Assembly (NCBI GenBank): GCA_963703955.1
Contig: CAVPGK010000021.1
Span: 32,001-96,000 of the forward strand
Direction: 5' to 3'
DNA: 64,000 bases
From: Nitrospirota bacterium
GTDB lineage: Bacteria > Nitrospirota > Nitrospiria > Nitrospirales > Nitrospiraceae
Shown: positions 1-9,687 of the stretch, one piece after another
How positions within the stretch are numbered: the stretch's first letter is position 1
Layout: each line of letters opens with the position of its first letter
Made by a program: the position numbers and the translations under genes
The notes under the pieces: model-generated
Told to the model about the DNA's origin: nothing
Seen by the model: only the letters and a program-made list of their open reading frames with translations
Database searches by the model: none

Positions 1-1
1 C

Positions 2-340
2 GGAGATGAACCGACCGATATCTACAATTATTCTCAAACCAATCGCGGATTCCCCCACGAATCCACCAGCGATCAGTGGTTTAGTGAAACCCAATTCGAG
101 AGCTATCGGATGCTCGGTTCCCACATCATTCAACAAATGTGCATGAAAGACTGGGACGAGCAGTGGACAGGGGACGTCGTAACCGGCAAACAACCGCCGC
201 TCGAATTCTTCAAAGCCCAGGTCGAAAAATACCTCAACCTCACGAACGAGCAGACCTCAGAACCAAAGCCATCCCCGGATGGCACCGGCACTCCCGTGGT
301 CGAAAAGGTGCAGACGGACTCCAACCCCATGAAAGCTTAA
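2..340 (+). CDS. C-terminal end of a patatin-like phospholipase-family protein (5' partial)
   Basis: Frame is open from base 2: GDEPTDIYNYSQTNRGFPHESTSDQWFSETQFESYRMLG. The FPHESTxDQWFSExQFESYR motif is, from recall, typical of the C-termini of large patatin-like proteins. Confidence 0.65.
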   Translation, partial: GDEPTDIYNYSQTNRGFPHESTSDQWFSETQFESYRMLGSHIIQQMCMKDWDEQWTGDVVTGKQPPLEFFKAQVEKYLNLTNEQTSEPKPSPDGTGTPVVEKVQTDSNPMKA

Positions 341-382
341 GAATGCGCGTGACGGGACTGAGATGACAAGGAGGAGATCGCG

Positions 383-630
383 ATGAAACACCGTTGTCAT
401 CTTGGGGATCACTCTGTGTCTGGGCCTGGTCACCGTCACCCATGGGACCGATGGTCAAGACCGACAAAAACTTATCCTTCATTACGGAAACGGCAAGACA
501 GACTTAACCGATTCTGAACTTGCGGGCACGCAGCTTTGGTTCGACGCGACAGCCGGCAATGCAGCATCGGTTCGGGGAAGACCTCTCGCTGATCGCGTTT
601 CTGGCAACGTTGTAACCAAAGGACGGCACC
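383..630 (+). pseudogene. Truncated secreted protein, N-terminal remnant (possibly of a large cytochrome c-type protein)
   Basis: RBS AGGAGG precedes ATG 383. Removing one A from atgaaacacc gives MNTVVILGITLCLGLVTVTHG (signal peptide) followed by ELAGTQLWFDATAGN, after which the sequence degenerates. Confidence 0.4.
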
Positions 631-1503
631 ATGCCATATCACACCTCTCGACTGACCTTGTTGCTCGTGGTCGCGCTCCTGGCCGGATGCGGTGAGTCTG
701 CGCCACCACCCGTGAGCTTCGCGCCCAGCGGTGACGGATATGACTCCAAAATGGATTTTGCTCGGCTTGAGCACGAACTGCCGCTCACGCCGGCCGACCT
801 CATGAAGATCACGCCGAAGAACCTCCAAGGCGCCACGCAAGAAGAAGTTGACCAGATCTACGCCAGGCTGACGGCTGGGCCGATCCCTGATGGGGCCTTC
901 AAGGGCGAGATGTTCTTCCCTAAAGGCGGCAGTCGCCGGGCGCGAGTGGCTGAAATCGTAGGGAGTGGTCTGAAAGGACGCCTCGTGGATTTCAAATCCG
1001 CCAAGCTCGAACACGTTGGCGAGATCGTCTGGAAAGGGAAAGTCTTCTACCGCAACCAACGAGTCCTGCGGAACCGAGTGGATGATTTGGCGGTGCTCAC
1101 CCCGTTGCTCGGGAAGAGTATCGGGAGCATCCAGAAGCTGGAGGTGGACGGGAAGGACACCTGGCTGCTATTTCCCGCCAAGTTGTACTGCGGGCAGAGC
1201 CTGCTGGATGGTCGGCGGGAGTCCATCATCATCGACTACGCGTTCACCGACGACATCGATGGGTATCGTGAGATGCCCGACGCCCTGGCCGGGCGCGAGG
1301 GACTGCAGATTCGGGACGAAATTCGAATGGTCCGGCCCGGCTTTTATCTCGGGCGCGCGTATGCGCAGCGCGCATTTCTGTTGAATTTCACGCTGATCAA
1401 CAAAGAGATCGAGGCCAAGGAGTCCGATGCGTTCAAGGCAACGGGCAAGATCGACGAGGACTGTTGGGTGGGCCCTCAGCGAACGACGGCTATGGCGAAA
1501 TAG
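631..1503 (+). CDS. Conserved hypothetical lipoprotein
   Basis: 290-aa ORF with lipobox LAGC and conserved-looking blocks YARLTAGPIPDG, WKGKVF, SIIIDY and IRDEIRMVRPGFYLGRAY. Confidence 0.8.
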   Translation: MPYHTSRLTLLLVVALLAGCGESAPPPVSFAPSGDGYDSKMDFARLEHELPLTPADLMKITPKNLQGATQEEVDQIYARLTAGPIPDGAFKGEMFFPKGGSRRARVAEIVGSGLKGRLVDFKSAKLEHVGEIVWKGKVFYRNQRVLRNRVDDLAVLTPLLGKSIGSIQKLEVDGKDTWLLFPAKLYCGQSLLDGRRESIIIDYAFTDDIDGYREMPDALAGREGLQIRDEIRMVRPGFYLGRAYAQRAFLLNFTLINKEIEAKESDAFKATGKIDEDCWVGPQRTTAMAK

Positions 1504-1741
1504 TGAGACGGTTGCCAATCGATCATGTCGATCGTACCCGATGACGTGACAGTGACGGACTGGCCATATTCCGTTGGTCTCTTCCTCATGGCGCTTGTCG
1601 CCCTGGTTTCGTGCAGCCGCGAGTCGCCCGATGACCCACCGTCCTCTTTAGGCAAGACGAAGGGCTCTGCTCACGCGGTCCAGGCCCAGGTGAATCGCTG
1701 TGCGGAGCGCATCTTCTTTCGCTTGCGAATGTGGGGACTGG

Positions 1742-1817
1742 GCGGCTCACGCCCCTCCTGAAAGAGACCCTCTGGTCGAAGAGATTACCTTCTATCCATC
1801 CTACAGCCAGTTAATCC
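1742..1817. repeat. Degenerate direct repeat, copy 1 (copy 2 at 6247-6361)
   Basis: gcccctcctgaaagagaccctctggtcgaagagattaccttctatccatcctacagccagttaatcc aligns with gcccctcctggaagagatcctccggtcaagaggtttaccttcgatccatcctg[insert]cagctagttaaccc. Confidence 0.8.
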
Positions 1818-2012
1818 AAAAGCTTCTGTACCCTAACGCGGAGGCAATGTCGATCTCTGCCCACTCAAGCCGATTAGGGTTGACCTAAGACCAGCCTATC
1901 GGATACTGTCTGCCCAAAATGGGCTACGGGGCCAGTTTTTCTGAGTTACCCGCCTGAGGCTGTGGAACGCAGGCTCTCACCAGGTCATCGCGGTAATAAT
2001 TTTGAGTGCTCA

Positions 2013-2158
2013 AAGGAGCGCATCGTGCTCGACTACTCTGAGACGTCGTTCTTCGCCCATTGGATCCGCGATGAGCTACGACAGATCGGGCCGCGCTTTT
2101 ATCTCAGCAAGGTGTATTGGAAAAAAGACGGCTGATCGATTTCTGTCTGCCGTTCTGA
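2013..2158 (+). pseudogene. C-terminal remnant of a paralog of the 631-1503 protein
   Basis: Manual translation KERIVLDYSETSFFAHWIRDELRQIGPRFYLSKVYWKK/RLIDFCLPF* matches the SIIIDY...IRDEIRMVRPGFYLGRAY...LLNFTL block of 631-1503. No start codon, and one frameshift in an A run. Confidence 0.7.
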
Positions 2159-2162
2159 TGCC

Positions 2163-3461
2163 GTGACGCCGCAGTCCCAATTCATGCTGGTGGCACAGGT
2201 CACCCCAGGCCGCGAGCGCGCCCTGCGGGAACTGCTGGAGACGATGAACCCGGAGCCGGGTATGGCCGACCCGGCGAACGCGGTGTTACCGTTCGGGCAA
2301 TTCGAACGCCTGCATTTTGCGCGGCTGGCGGTGCTGGACGATCCCACGCTCGGCGACATTGAAGCGCACGGTGTCCCGCGCCCGAGCCTCCCCGTCTACC
2401 TTGTGTTTATCGGCAGTTGTGATGGGCCCGCAGGCGAGTGCATCGCGGATCTGGCACAGCGCGCGGGCACGGGCCTACGCCGAATCTTCATGCACTGCGA
2501 CGGCTTCGACGCGCAGGGCGACCTGCTGGCCTGGATGCAAGCGCATCAACGTCAACTCGCTGCCAATTACATCAATTGGGTCGGTCGTACGGTGCGACAG
2601 ATTAAGGAGGAAAGCGCACTGCGACGCGCTCTCGCCGCAAAGGTGCCGCGCGCGCCGCTCGCATCGGCCGCGCAAGCCCAGCAACTCCGGCGCGAGCTGA
2701 TCGACTTCGTCGATGCCGAAGTAAGCGCCGGGAGGCTTGGCCTGACGCCGCCAGAGCCGACACCACTGCGCTGGCAAATCGCAAAGCTCCTGCATCTCGT
2801 TTCGATTCCGCTGGCGGGCCTGATCTTGCTGCCGTTTTTGATTGTCCTGTCGCCGCTCTTGATCTTCATCTTGCGCACGAAAGAGAACAGCGACGCCGAA
2901 ATCTGCCCGCCCCCGGACCGCGCGGTGCTGCTGGAATTGCAGCATCTGGAAGACTACGACGTGACCAACCAATACACGGCGATCGGCTCGGTCAAGCCGG
3001 GATTGTTTCGCCGTTGGCTCGTGACTGTGCTGCTGGTGCTGATCGACTACACCTGCCGCCATGTCTTTACGCGCGGTTTTCTCGCACGCGTGCAGACGAT
3101 TCATTTCGCGTTCTGGGCCTTTCTCGATGACAAGCGCCGGCTTGTCTTCATGAGCAACTATGACGGCGGCCACGAGGCCTACATGGACGACTTCATCAAC
3201 AAGGTGGCGTGGGGCCTGAATCTCGCTTTCAGCCACGGCGTGGGCTGGCCGCGCACGCGTTGGTTGGTCGCGCGCGGAGCGCGCATTGAAAACAAGTTCA
3301 AGCACTACCAGCGGCGCCATCAGTTGCCGACACAGGTCTGGTACAGAGCCTACCCGGGCCTGGCCCTGGTCGACCTCAAGCGCAACCAGCGCATTAGGAA
3401 AGGGCTGGAGCTTGCGACCGTGACTGATGCGCAGGCTCAGGCCTGGTTGCGGCTGCTATGA
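2163..3461 (+). CDS. Conserved protein associated with DyP/catalase clusters, with one central TM segment
   Basis: 432 aa with repeated LHFARL / IHFAFW motifs and SNYDGGHEAYMDDF. Stop overlaps the DyP start (ATGA). Confidence 0.8.
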   Translation: MTPQSQFMLVAQVTPGRERALRELLETMNPEPGMADPANAVLPFGQFERLHFARLAVLDDPTLGDIEAHGVPRPSLPVYLVFIGSCDGPAGECIADLAQRAGTGLRRIFMHCDGFDAQGDLLAWMQAHQRQLAANYINWVGRTVRQIKEESALRRALAAKVPRAPLASAAQAQQLRRELIDFVDAEVSAGRLGLTPPEPTPLRWQIAKLLHLVSIPLAGLILLPFLIVLSPLLIFILRTKENSDAEICPPPDRAVLLELQHLEDYDVTNQYTAIGSVKPGLFRRWLVTVLLVLIDYTCRHVFTRGFLARVQTIHFAFWAFLDDKRRLVFMSNYDGGHEAYMDDFINKVAWGLNLAFSHGVGWPRTRWLVARGARIENKFKHYQRRHQLPTQVWYRAYPGLALVDLKRNQRIRKGLELATVTDAQAQAWLRLL

Positions 3462-4981
3462 GCACAATCGTCAGCCAGGGCAGATCCGTGGAACTGGACG
3501 ACATGCAGGGCCTGGTACGGTTCGGGTACAAGCACCTGACGGAAGCTTGTTTTTTCCTACTGCGCGTCAAGGATCCGGCCGCTGCGCGCGCCTGGTTGGC
3601 GCAGGCTCCCATAACGAGGGCAGTCAAGGTCGATCCACTGCCCCAGACTGCGCTCCAGGTCGCATTCACGAGCGAGGGGCTGCGTGCATTGGAGGTCGCC
3701 ACTGACCTATGCGAGGGATTTTCAGCCGAATTTGTCGCTGGCATGGCCAGTGACGCCGCACGGGCACGCCGTCTGGGAGATGTAGGCGCCAATGATCCAG
3801 GTGGCTGGAGATGGGGCGCCGGCGAGCGGGTACCGCACGTCGCCCTGCTCCTCTATGCCCGGTCCGGGCGACTGGCGGGGTGGGAACAGGAGATCGAAGC
3901 GCAATGCGCGGCCGGCTTCGTGCGCATCGAACGCCTGTCGACGTCCGATACGCAGGGCCTGGAGCCGTTTGGATTTGTCGACGGCATTTCACAACCGCAA
4001 GTCGATTGGGAGCGCAAGCGCCCGGTGCGCGACCAGGACCAGCTCGAGTACAGCAACGTCAGTTGTCTCGGCGAGTTCCTTCTCGGCTATCCCAACGAAT
4101 ACGGGCTCTACACACCGCGTCCGCTGCTTGCTCCACAGCGTGACCCAATTGGTCTGCTGCCGAGGGCCGAAGACGCACCGGACCAAGCCGACCTCGGACG
4201 CAACGGCTGCTATCTGGTGATACGCCAGTTGCGGCAAGACGTGCAACGCTTCTGGCGCGAACTGGACCGGCAAGCGGACGGCGATGCGGACTTGCGCGAG
4301 CGGCTGGCCGCGGCGATGGTGGGCCGAAGGAAAAATGGCGAACCTCTGGTAGGGCCAAACGAGGAGTCGGTCGCTGACGGCGCTTCGCCGCCGCAATCGA
4401 AACTGAACGCCTTCACCTACCAGGCCGATCCACAAGGCCTGCGCTGCCCGTTGGGCGCGCACATTCGACGGACCAATCCGCGCAATGCGGATTTGCCGCC
4501 CGGTGTGCGTGGAATCCTCTCGCGTCTGTGGCGTATGCTGGGATTCATCGCGGCGGCGCGGGAGCAGGATTTGGTTGCATCCACACGCTTTCATCGCCTG
4601 CTTCGCCGCGGACGAACATTCGGTGCAGGCGTGGCGCCGGCGTTGTCTGCGACGCAATCCTCGCCCGGCGCAGATACCGGGCTCTATTTCATCTGCCTTG
4701 TGGCCAATATCAAGCGCCAGTTCGAATTCGTGCAAAGCGCGTGGTTGATAGGGAACAAATTTGCCGGGCTCACCGCCGAAAGCGATCCATTGCTCGGCCA
4801 CCGATTGCCGGACCCGGGGGACTCTCCAACCGACGGCTTCTCGATTCCGCAAGCCGATGGTCCGGATCGTCGGTTGAGCGGCCTGCCGCAGTTCGTCACC
4901 GTGCAAGGCGGCGCCTACTTTTTCCTGCCCGGTATTCGCGCCTTGCGTTACCTCGCGACGACGCACTCAAAGGGGTCGTGA
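3458..4981 (+). CDS. Dyp-type (dye-decolorizing) heme peroxidase
   Basis: GFVDGISQP (GxxDG), proximal His in GAHIRRTNPR, distal Arg in LLRRGR, QFEFVQ and GGAYFFLP. Confidence 0.9.
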   Translation: MSTIVSQGRSVELDDMQGLVRFGYKHLTEACFFLLRVKDPAAARAWLAQAPITRAVKVDPLPQTALQVAFTSEGLRALEVATDLCEGFSAEFVAGMASDAARARRLGDVGANDPGGWRWGAGERVPHVALLLYARSGRLAGWEQEIEAQCAAGFVRIERLSTSDTQGLEPFGFVDGISQPQVDWERKRPVRDQDQLEYSNVSCLGEFLLGYPNEYGLYTPRPLLAPQRDPIGLLPRAEDAPDQADLGRNGCYLVIRQLRQDVQRFWRELDRQADGDADLRERLAAAMVGRRKNGEPLVGPNEESVADGASPPQSKLNAFTYQADPQGLRCPLGAHIRRTNPRNADLPPGVRGILSRLWRMLGFIAAAREQDLVASTRFHRLLRRGRTFGAGVAPALSATQSSPGADTGLYFICLVANIKRQFEFVQSAWLIGNKFAGLTAESDPLLGHRLPDPGDSPTDGFSIPQADGPDRRLSGLPQFVTVQGGAYFFLPGIRALRYLATTHSKGS

Positions 4982-6222
4982 TGCAAAGGAACGTGTTGGG
5001 CTCAATGACGAGCCGCCCGGTGCCGCCTTCTAATACCGGGTCGGCAGTCCTGAACTGGATCAGCGACACGTCACTGCGACTACTACAACTGGAGCGGCGC
5101 ATCGATCCCTGGATGCGTCCGGCCTTCGATGCGGTGCTGCGCGACCCGATCGCACGCCTGACCACCGCGTTGATCAACTGGCGGCGCCCGAACGAAGGAC
5201 TAAAGATCGCCGAGGAACGGCTGCAACCGGACGAAGAGGCCTCACTCCAATCGATCATCGATACCTTCCGGGCCCAGATGCGCGGGCTCTGGAAGCCGGG
5301 CGGATTCGAACGCGGCGGCAACACTAAGACCCACGGCATCGTGCGTGCGGAGTTCATCGTCCACGACGGCCTGCCGCCGCGGTTCCGGCACGGCATCTTC
5401 GCGCAACCCAAAACCTATCGCGCATGGGTACGCTTTTCCGGACCCGGGCCGTACGTGACGCCGGACATCGACGACGTGGGTTTCATGAGCATCAGCATCA
5501 AGCTGATGGGAGTTCCCGGTCCCAAATTGATGGACGAGGAGAAATTCACGCAGGACATGTTCGGCGTGTCCACGCCTACTTTTGTGACGCCGGACACGCG
5601 CGCGAACGCTCAGTTGCAGCTTGAGAGCCTAAAGAACGCACAGATTTTCTACTTCCTGAATCTACACAGGCCGCACGTGCTGGACTTCATCATGCAGGGA
5701 CTGTGGGTCAAGACTCAGAGCAGTCCATTCGAGACGCCATATTTCAGTTGTGTGCCTTATCTTCTGGGAGAAGGGCAGGCGATGCAGTATTCGGTATGGC
5801 CGAAGTCAAGCAAGAAAACACCGATCCCACGCCTGCCGCTGCGGCCGCCTGATGACTACCTGCGCAACGCCATGGTTGCCGCGCTCAATCAGCGCGATGT
5901 CGAGCTTGACATTCGCCTGCAGTTGCAGACTGATCCTCATCTGATGCCGATCGAAAACAATGCGGTGCTGTGGCCGGAGCGGCTGTCGCCCCGCGTTTCG
6001 GCGGCCACGTTGCGCATCCCGAAGCAGAAATTCGATTCGCCGGCGCAGATCGCGTTCGCGCGACGTCTTTCCTACAATCCGTGGCACTGCATCGCCGAAC
6101 ATCGCCCGCTCGGCAATCAAAGCCGGGCCCGGCGCCGCATGTATTTCGAGTTGTCGAAGTTGCGGCACGACATGAACGGTGTGCCGCACTATGAGCCGAG
6201 TGGGGATGAAACGTTTGCTTAG
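4981..6222 (+). CDS. Catalase-like heme protein (catalase-related / allene oxide synthase-like fold)
   Basis: TKTHG, WVRFS, YNPWH, HRPLG and proximal RRRMY. The likely start is ATG 4981, overlapping the DyP stop. Confidence 0.85.
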   Translation: MQRNVLGSMTSRPVPPSNTGSAVLNWISDTSLRLLQLERRIDPWMRPAFDAVLRDPIARLTTALINWRRPNEGLKIAEERLQPDEEASLQSIIDTFRAQMRGLWKPGGFERGGNTKTHGIVRAEFIVHDGLPPRFRHGIFAQPKTYRAWVRFSGPGPYVTPDIDDVGFMSISIKLMGVPGPKLMDEEKFTQDMFGVSTPTFVTPDTRANAQLQLESLKNAQIFYFLNLHRPHVLDFIMQGLWVKTQSSPFETPYFSCVPYLLGEGQAMQYSVWPKSSKKTPIPRLPLRPPDDYLRNAMVAALNQRDVELDIRLQLQTDPHLMPIENNAVLWPERLSPRVSAATLRIPKQKFDSPAQIAFARRLSYNPWHCIAEHRPLGNQSRARRRMYFELSKLRHDMNGVPHYEPSGDETFA

Positions 6223-6246
6223 GCACGCTCGCAGAAACCCCGGATA

Positions 6247-6361
6247 GCGGCCGCTGCCCCTCCTGGAAGAGATCCTCCGGTCAAGAGGTTTACCTTCGAT
6301 CCATCCTGCGGTTCGATAAACTCACCGTCCCGATGAAGATCGAGGGACAGCTAGTTAACCC
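6247..6361. repeat. Degenerate direct repeat, copy 2, with a ~39-bp REP-like insertion
   Basis: Matches 1742-1817 but contains the extra segment cggttcgataaactcaccgtcccgatgaagatcgaggga. Confidence 0.75.
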
Positions 6362-6364
6362 TGG

Positions 6365-6401
6365 TTGACAAATATAGTCATAATAGTAAACAACGTGACT
6401 A
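6365..6401 (+). promoter_or_regulatory. Putative TA-operon promoter/operator
   Basis: TTGACA at 6365-6370 and inverted repeat TAGTCA-N15-TGACTA (6375-6401) in AT-rich DNA just upstream of the antitoxin. The -10 box is weak. Confidence 0.45.
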
Positions 6402-6411
6402 GATTGGATGA

Positions 6412-6687
6412 ATGAACATGCGTACGGTCAACATTGCCAAGCTTAAAGCTAGACTGAGTGAATACATCCGTGCGGCCCGGGCTGGAGAAACGATGCGTAT
6501 TCTTGATCGCCGTCAGGAAGTCGCCCGGCTTTCAGGCGTCCATGCTCCGGACGTCGTGCGGGTTGCCAAAATACTGGTCGAGCGAGGCCTTGCGGAATGG
6601 CGCGGCGGGGTAAGCCCGTCATCAAGCCCTTGAAACCGCGTAAGGGGGCAGCGCATCTGGCTGATGCTGTGCTAGAAGACCTGATGA
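6412..6687 (+). pseudogene. Phd/YefM-family antitoxin (frameshifted)
   Basis: MRTVNIAKLKARLSEYIRAARAGETMRILDRRQEVARL is a Phd/YefM N-terminus. It continues after a G-run frameshift as GKPVIKPLKPRKGAAHLADAVLED. Confidence 0.75.
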
Positions 6688-6818
6688 TTCTCTACCTTGA
6701 TACTTCGAGCCTGCTGAAGCTGTACGTTGAAGGGACAGGGACGAATGAGGTCATGGAAAGGACCGCGCTGTCCGATGTCATCGACATAGCGAAGGAGCTT
6801 TGTCCAAAACACAGTTAA
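6684..6818 (+). pseudogene. vapC: Truncated VapC/PIN-domain toxin
   Basis: MILYLDTSSLLKLYVEGTGT is a PIN N-terminus, but only 44 codons remain. Confidence 0.75.
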
Positions 6819-6871
6819 AGCCCGTCTTGGAGACGTTATGACATTCCGCTGATCTGCAGGGAGGATGACTC

Positions 6872-8329
6872 ATGGCCATACCGAAGTACTGCCTATCGAT
6901 CTCCGTTCTTTTTCTTTCGTTCCTGTTCGCAGGTTGCTTTGCACACGTCCAACATCTTCCAAAAGCCGATCCTGCCCAGCCGAGCTTTCAGCCCTTGCCC
7001 GATCCTGAGCACACGAAAACGCTCGTGGGGATCGCGCTCTCAGGTGGCGGAAGCCGAGCCGCCTACTTCGGCGCGGCTGGACTCGAGGCCTTGGCCCAGG
7101 TGCGTCTTGCTCCAGGTCAACCGTCGCTCCTGGAGCAGGTCGCCTACCTGTCCAGCGTGTCGGGAGGAAGCGTAGCGTCTAGCTATTTTGCCACGCAGAA
7201 ACCGGAAGCCGCCGTGCCCGTGCTGAATCCGAACGGCGCGCTGACCCCGACTTATCGTCATTTTTTCGATGAGTACCGCACCGCGATGAGCAAGAACCTT
7301 CAATGGTCTATGGAATGGCGCCAGTTCTCTAACGTCCGATGGCTCAACTCGAACCAACGCGCCACCTCTCTCAGTGAAGCGCTGGACGCCCATTTCCTGA
7401 ACGGAATCACGTTTGAACAATTTTACGAGCGTGAAAAGACCAGACGCAGCCCGCGCCTGATTCTCAATGCCACTCTCTATAACGACGGGCGGCGGTTTGT
7501 CTTGACCACGGTTCCTCGAGATGACTTCCGCTACGATTTCATTCGCAAGCTGCAAGACAAATTGGAAGAGCGGGAACGGCAAACGACGAGTCGGCCACCC
7601 AAGTCGTTACCGGAGGCGCTCGAACGAGCCAAGGACGCGCTGAACCCGCTGACCTTCCAGGATGAGAGCGCCGACCCACGTCCCATTCCTCTTTCGCAGG
7701 CTGTGGCAGCGTCGGCTTCTTTTCCGTTCGTGATCGGGCCGATTACCGCTCAGGTAAAAGGGGAGTCTAGCTATCTCCATGTCGGAGACGGGGGACTCTT
7801 CGACAATCAAGGCACCGAATCGCTGGTGCAACTATTTTTGAAAAAACTGGAAGATAAGAAGGCCACCCGTGCGCTGGTCATCGCCTTCGACAGTTCCTTT
7901 CCGTTCTGGGTGAAGAATAATACCCTCGATGGCCTGAAGAACGGTTTCGACATTTTCAAGCAAGACACCGGGCGAATCGTCGGCATTATGGAACAGCGAG
8001 CGAATGCGTATCAGAGCATGGTATGGCACATTCTCCAAAGCGAGAGGATCGTCCTCCCGGATGAGGACACGATCAAGGTCATTGTCCTCCGTCATACCGA
8101 CGCCGTCTGGCCAGAAAACCCGCAATCCGTTTTGCCTGACGCCTGCCGGAGTGACGCAGCCAAATTGGCCAGCAAAGAAAAAATCAGAGAACGGCTGGCC
8201 CTGATTCCCACCAAGTTGAAGCTCACCGACGAGTGCGACAAGGCCTTGCTCCGCGAAGCCGCCGTCAAGGTGGTGGAACAGAAAAAAGAGGAAATCCTCA
8301 CGTTCCTCCAAGGCAAAACAGGGAGCTAA
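6872..8329 (+). CDS. Patatin-like phospholipase, lipoprotein
   Basis: Lipobox FAGC, oxyanion motif ALSGGGSRAA, nucleophile SSVSGGS, ASASFP and DGGLFDN. Confidence 0.88.
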   Translation: MAIPKYCLSISVLFLSFLFAGCFAHVQHLPKADPAQPSFQPLPDPEHTKTLVGIALSGGGSRAAYFGAAGLEALAQVRLAPGQPSLLEQVAYLSSVSGGSVASSYFATQKPEAAVPVLNPNGALTPTYRHFFDEYRTAMSKNLQWSMEWRQFSNVRWLNSNQRATSLSEALDAHFLNGITFEQFYEREKTRRSPRLILNATLYNDGRRFVLTTVPRDDFRYDFIRKLQDKLEERERQTTSRPPKSLPEALERAKDALNPLTFQDESADPRPIPLSQAVAASASFPFVIGPITAQVKGESSYLHVGDGGLFDNQGTESLVQLFLKKLEDKKATRALVIAFDSSFPFWVKNNTLDGLKNGFDIFKQDTGRIVGIMEQRANAYQSMVWHILQSERIVLPDEDTIKVIVLRHTDAVWPENPQSVLPDACRSDAAKLASKEKIRERLALIPTKLKLTDECDKALLREAAVKVVEQKKEEILTFLQGKTGS

Positions 8330-8451
8330 GGAAAGCGCTTGTCCGATTCAGGCTCCGAAGAGGGATTGCATGGACAGAGTTCAAAAAATCCTACGCGAGG
8401 TTTCCACAAGCACCCTAGAAAAACCGAAAGCGAAAAGAGTAGCATACGGCG

Positions 8452-9687
8452 ATGACGGCCCTGCTTGCCACTTCGCGTTCTCTTCATTCCGTTCTCACTC
8501 AGGCTCGCGCCCGCACTGATAGGCTCTTTGGTCTTGTGCGCTCCGACGCATTCTCTTACCGGCCCGTTCCCGAACGTCATCGCATTATTTTCTATCTGGG
8601 CCATCTGGAAGCATTTGACTGGAATCTGATCGCGAACGCGTTAGCACTTCCGTCATTCCATGCCGGATTCGACCGCCTCTTCGCGTTTGGCATCGACCCC
8701 CCACCTGGGCAACTCCCGCAGGATTCGGCTTCAGATTGGCCGGAGGTCTCAGAGGTCCGCCGATATAACGCGCAGGTGCGTCGCACGCTTAATCGCGTGC
8801 TCAATGACCTCCCGGAACTCCTCCTGCATGTCGCGATCGAACATCGATTGATGCACGCGGAGACGTTCGCGTATCTCCTTCATCATCTGGCGTCCGAGCA
8901 CAAGCTCATTCCGGCGCAATCGTCGCCCCCGCAAGGGCCGCGCCCCGTGCGTGCTATGATCGAGATCCCTCCGGGATACGCGACCCTTGGGCAAAGCCGA
9001 ACCGGTCTCTCGAACGAAGGACCATTTGGATGGGATAATGAATCCGAGAGTCATTCGGTGGCCGTCCCCACCTTTGCCATGAACAAGCATAAAGTCACCA
9101 ATGGTCAATACCTCGAATTCGTTCGGGAAGGAGCCGCCGCTCCCCACTTCTGGATTCGTCGCAACGACGGCTGGTGCTGGAGGACAATGGCCGGTGAGAT
9201 CCCCCTGCCGCTCGACTGGCCGGTGTACGTCACCCAGCGCGAAGCCCGTGAGTACGCCGTCTGGGCGGGCGCCTCGTTGCCGACTGAAGCTCAGTTTCAT
9301 CGGGCAGCCTATGGTACCCCCTGCGGAGAGGAACGGGCCTACCCGTGGGGGGACACGCCTCCTGATGCCTCACGCGGCAATTTCAATTTTCGCTTCTCGA
9401 ATCCCATTTCGGTTTCCGCTTCACCCCGTGGAGATAGCGCCTTTGGTGTATCCCAACTTGTCGGCAACGGATGGGAATGGACATCGACGGTCTTTCATCC
9501 GTTCCCCGGTTTTCAACCCTTCCCGTTTTACCCTGGATATTCGGCTCCATTTTTTGACGGCGCTCACTTTGTCATGAAGGGCGGATCGTCACAGACTGCC
9601 TCGCGGCTGTTGCGCCGGTCATTTCGCAATTGGTTTCGATCGGACTATCCATATGCCTATGCCGGATTTCGAGTGGTCCAGAACTGA
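8452..9687 (+). CDS. egtB: Ergothioneine sulfoxide synthase EgtB (DinB + FGE-sulfatase domains)
   Basis: Fe-binding His in FYLGH and EHRLMH, then LPTEAQF, GNGWEWT, YPGYSAPFFD, KGGS and RSFRNWF. Adjacent to egtD. Confidence 0.85.
   Translation: MTALLATSRSLHSVLTQARARTDRLFGLVRSDAFSYRPVPERHRIIFYLGHLEAFDWNLIANALALPSFHAGFDRLFAFGIDPPPGQLPQDSASDWPEVSEVRRYNAQVRRTLNRVLNDLPELLLHVAIEHRLMHAETFAYLLHHLASEHKLIPAQSSPPQGPRPVRAMIEIPPGYATLGQSRTGLSNEGPFGWDNESESHSVAVPTFAMNKHKVTNGQYLEFVREGAAAPHFWIRRNDGWCWRTMAGEIPLPLDWPVYVTQREAREYAVWAGASLPTEAQFHRAAYGTPCGEERAYPWGDTPPDASRGNFNFRFSNPISVSASPRGDSAFGVSQLVGNGWEWTSTVFHPFPGFQPFPFYPGYSAPFFDGAHFVMKGGSSQTASRLLRRSFRNWFRSDYPYAYAGFRVVQN

Noticed and set aside
1525..1761. 78-aa lipoprotein-like ORF
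   Set aside because: Weak lipobox only, and it runs into the direct repeat. Cannot be supported as a gene.
4528..4980. N-terminal extension of the 564-aa ORF
   Set aside because: Out-of-frame overlap with DyP. ATG 4981 is the plausible start.
6412..6818. Antitoxin-toxin fusion protein (ORF 6597-6818)
   Set aside because: Better explained by single-base insertions in a normal ATGA-coupled vapBC pair with a truncated toxin.
8452..9687. OvoA (ovothiol) or SenA (selenoneine)
   Set aside because: No C-terminal methyltransferase domain and no senB/senC neighbours. Adjacent egtD favours EgtB.
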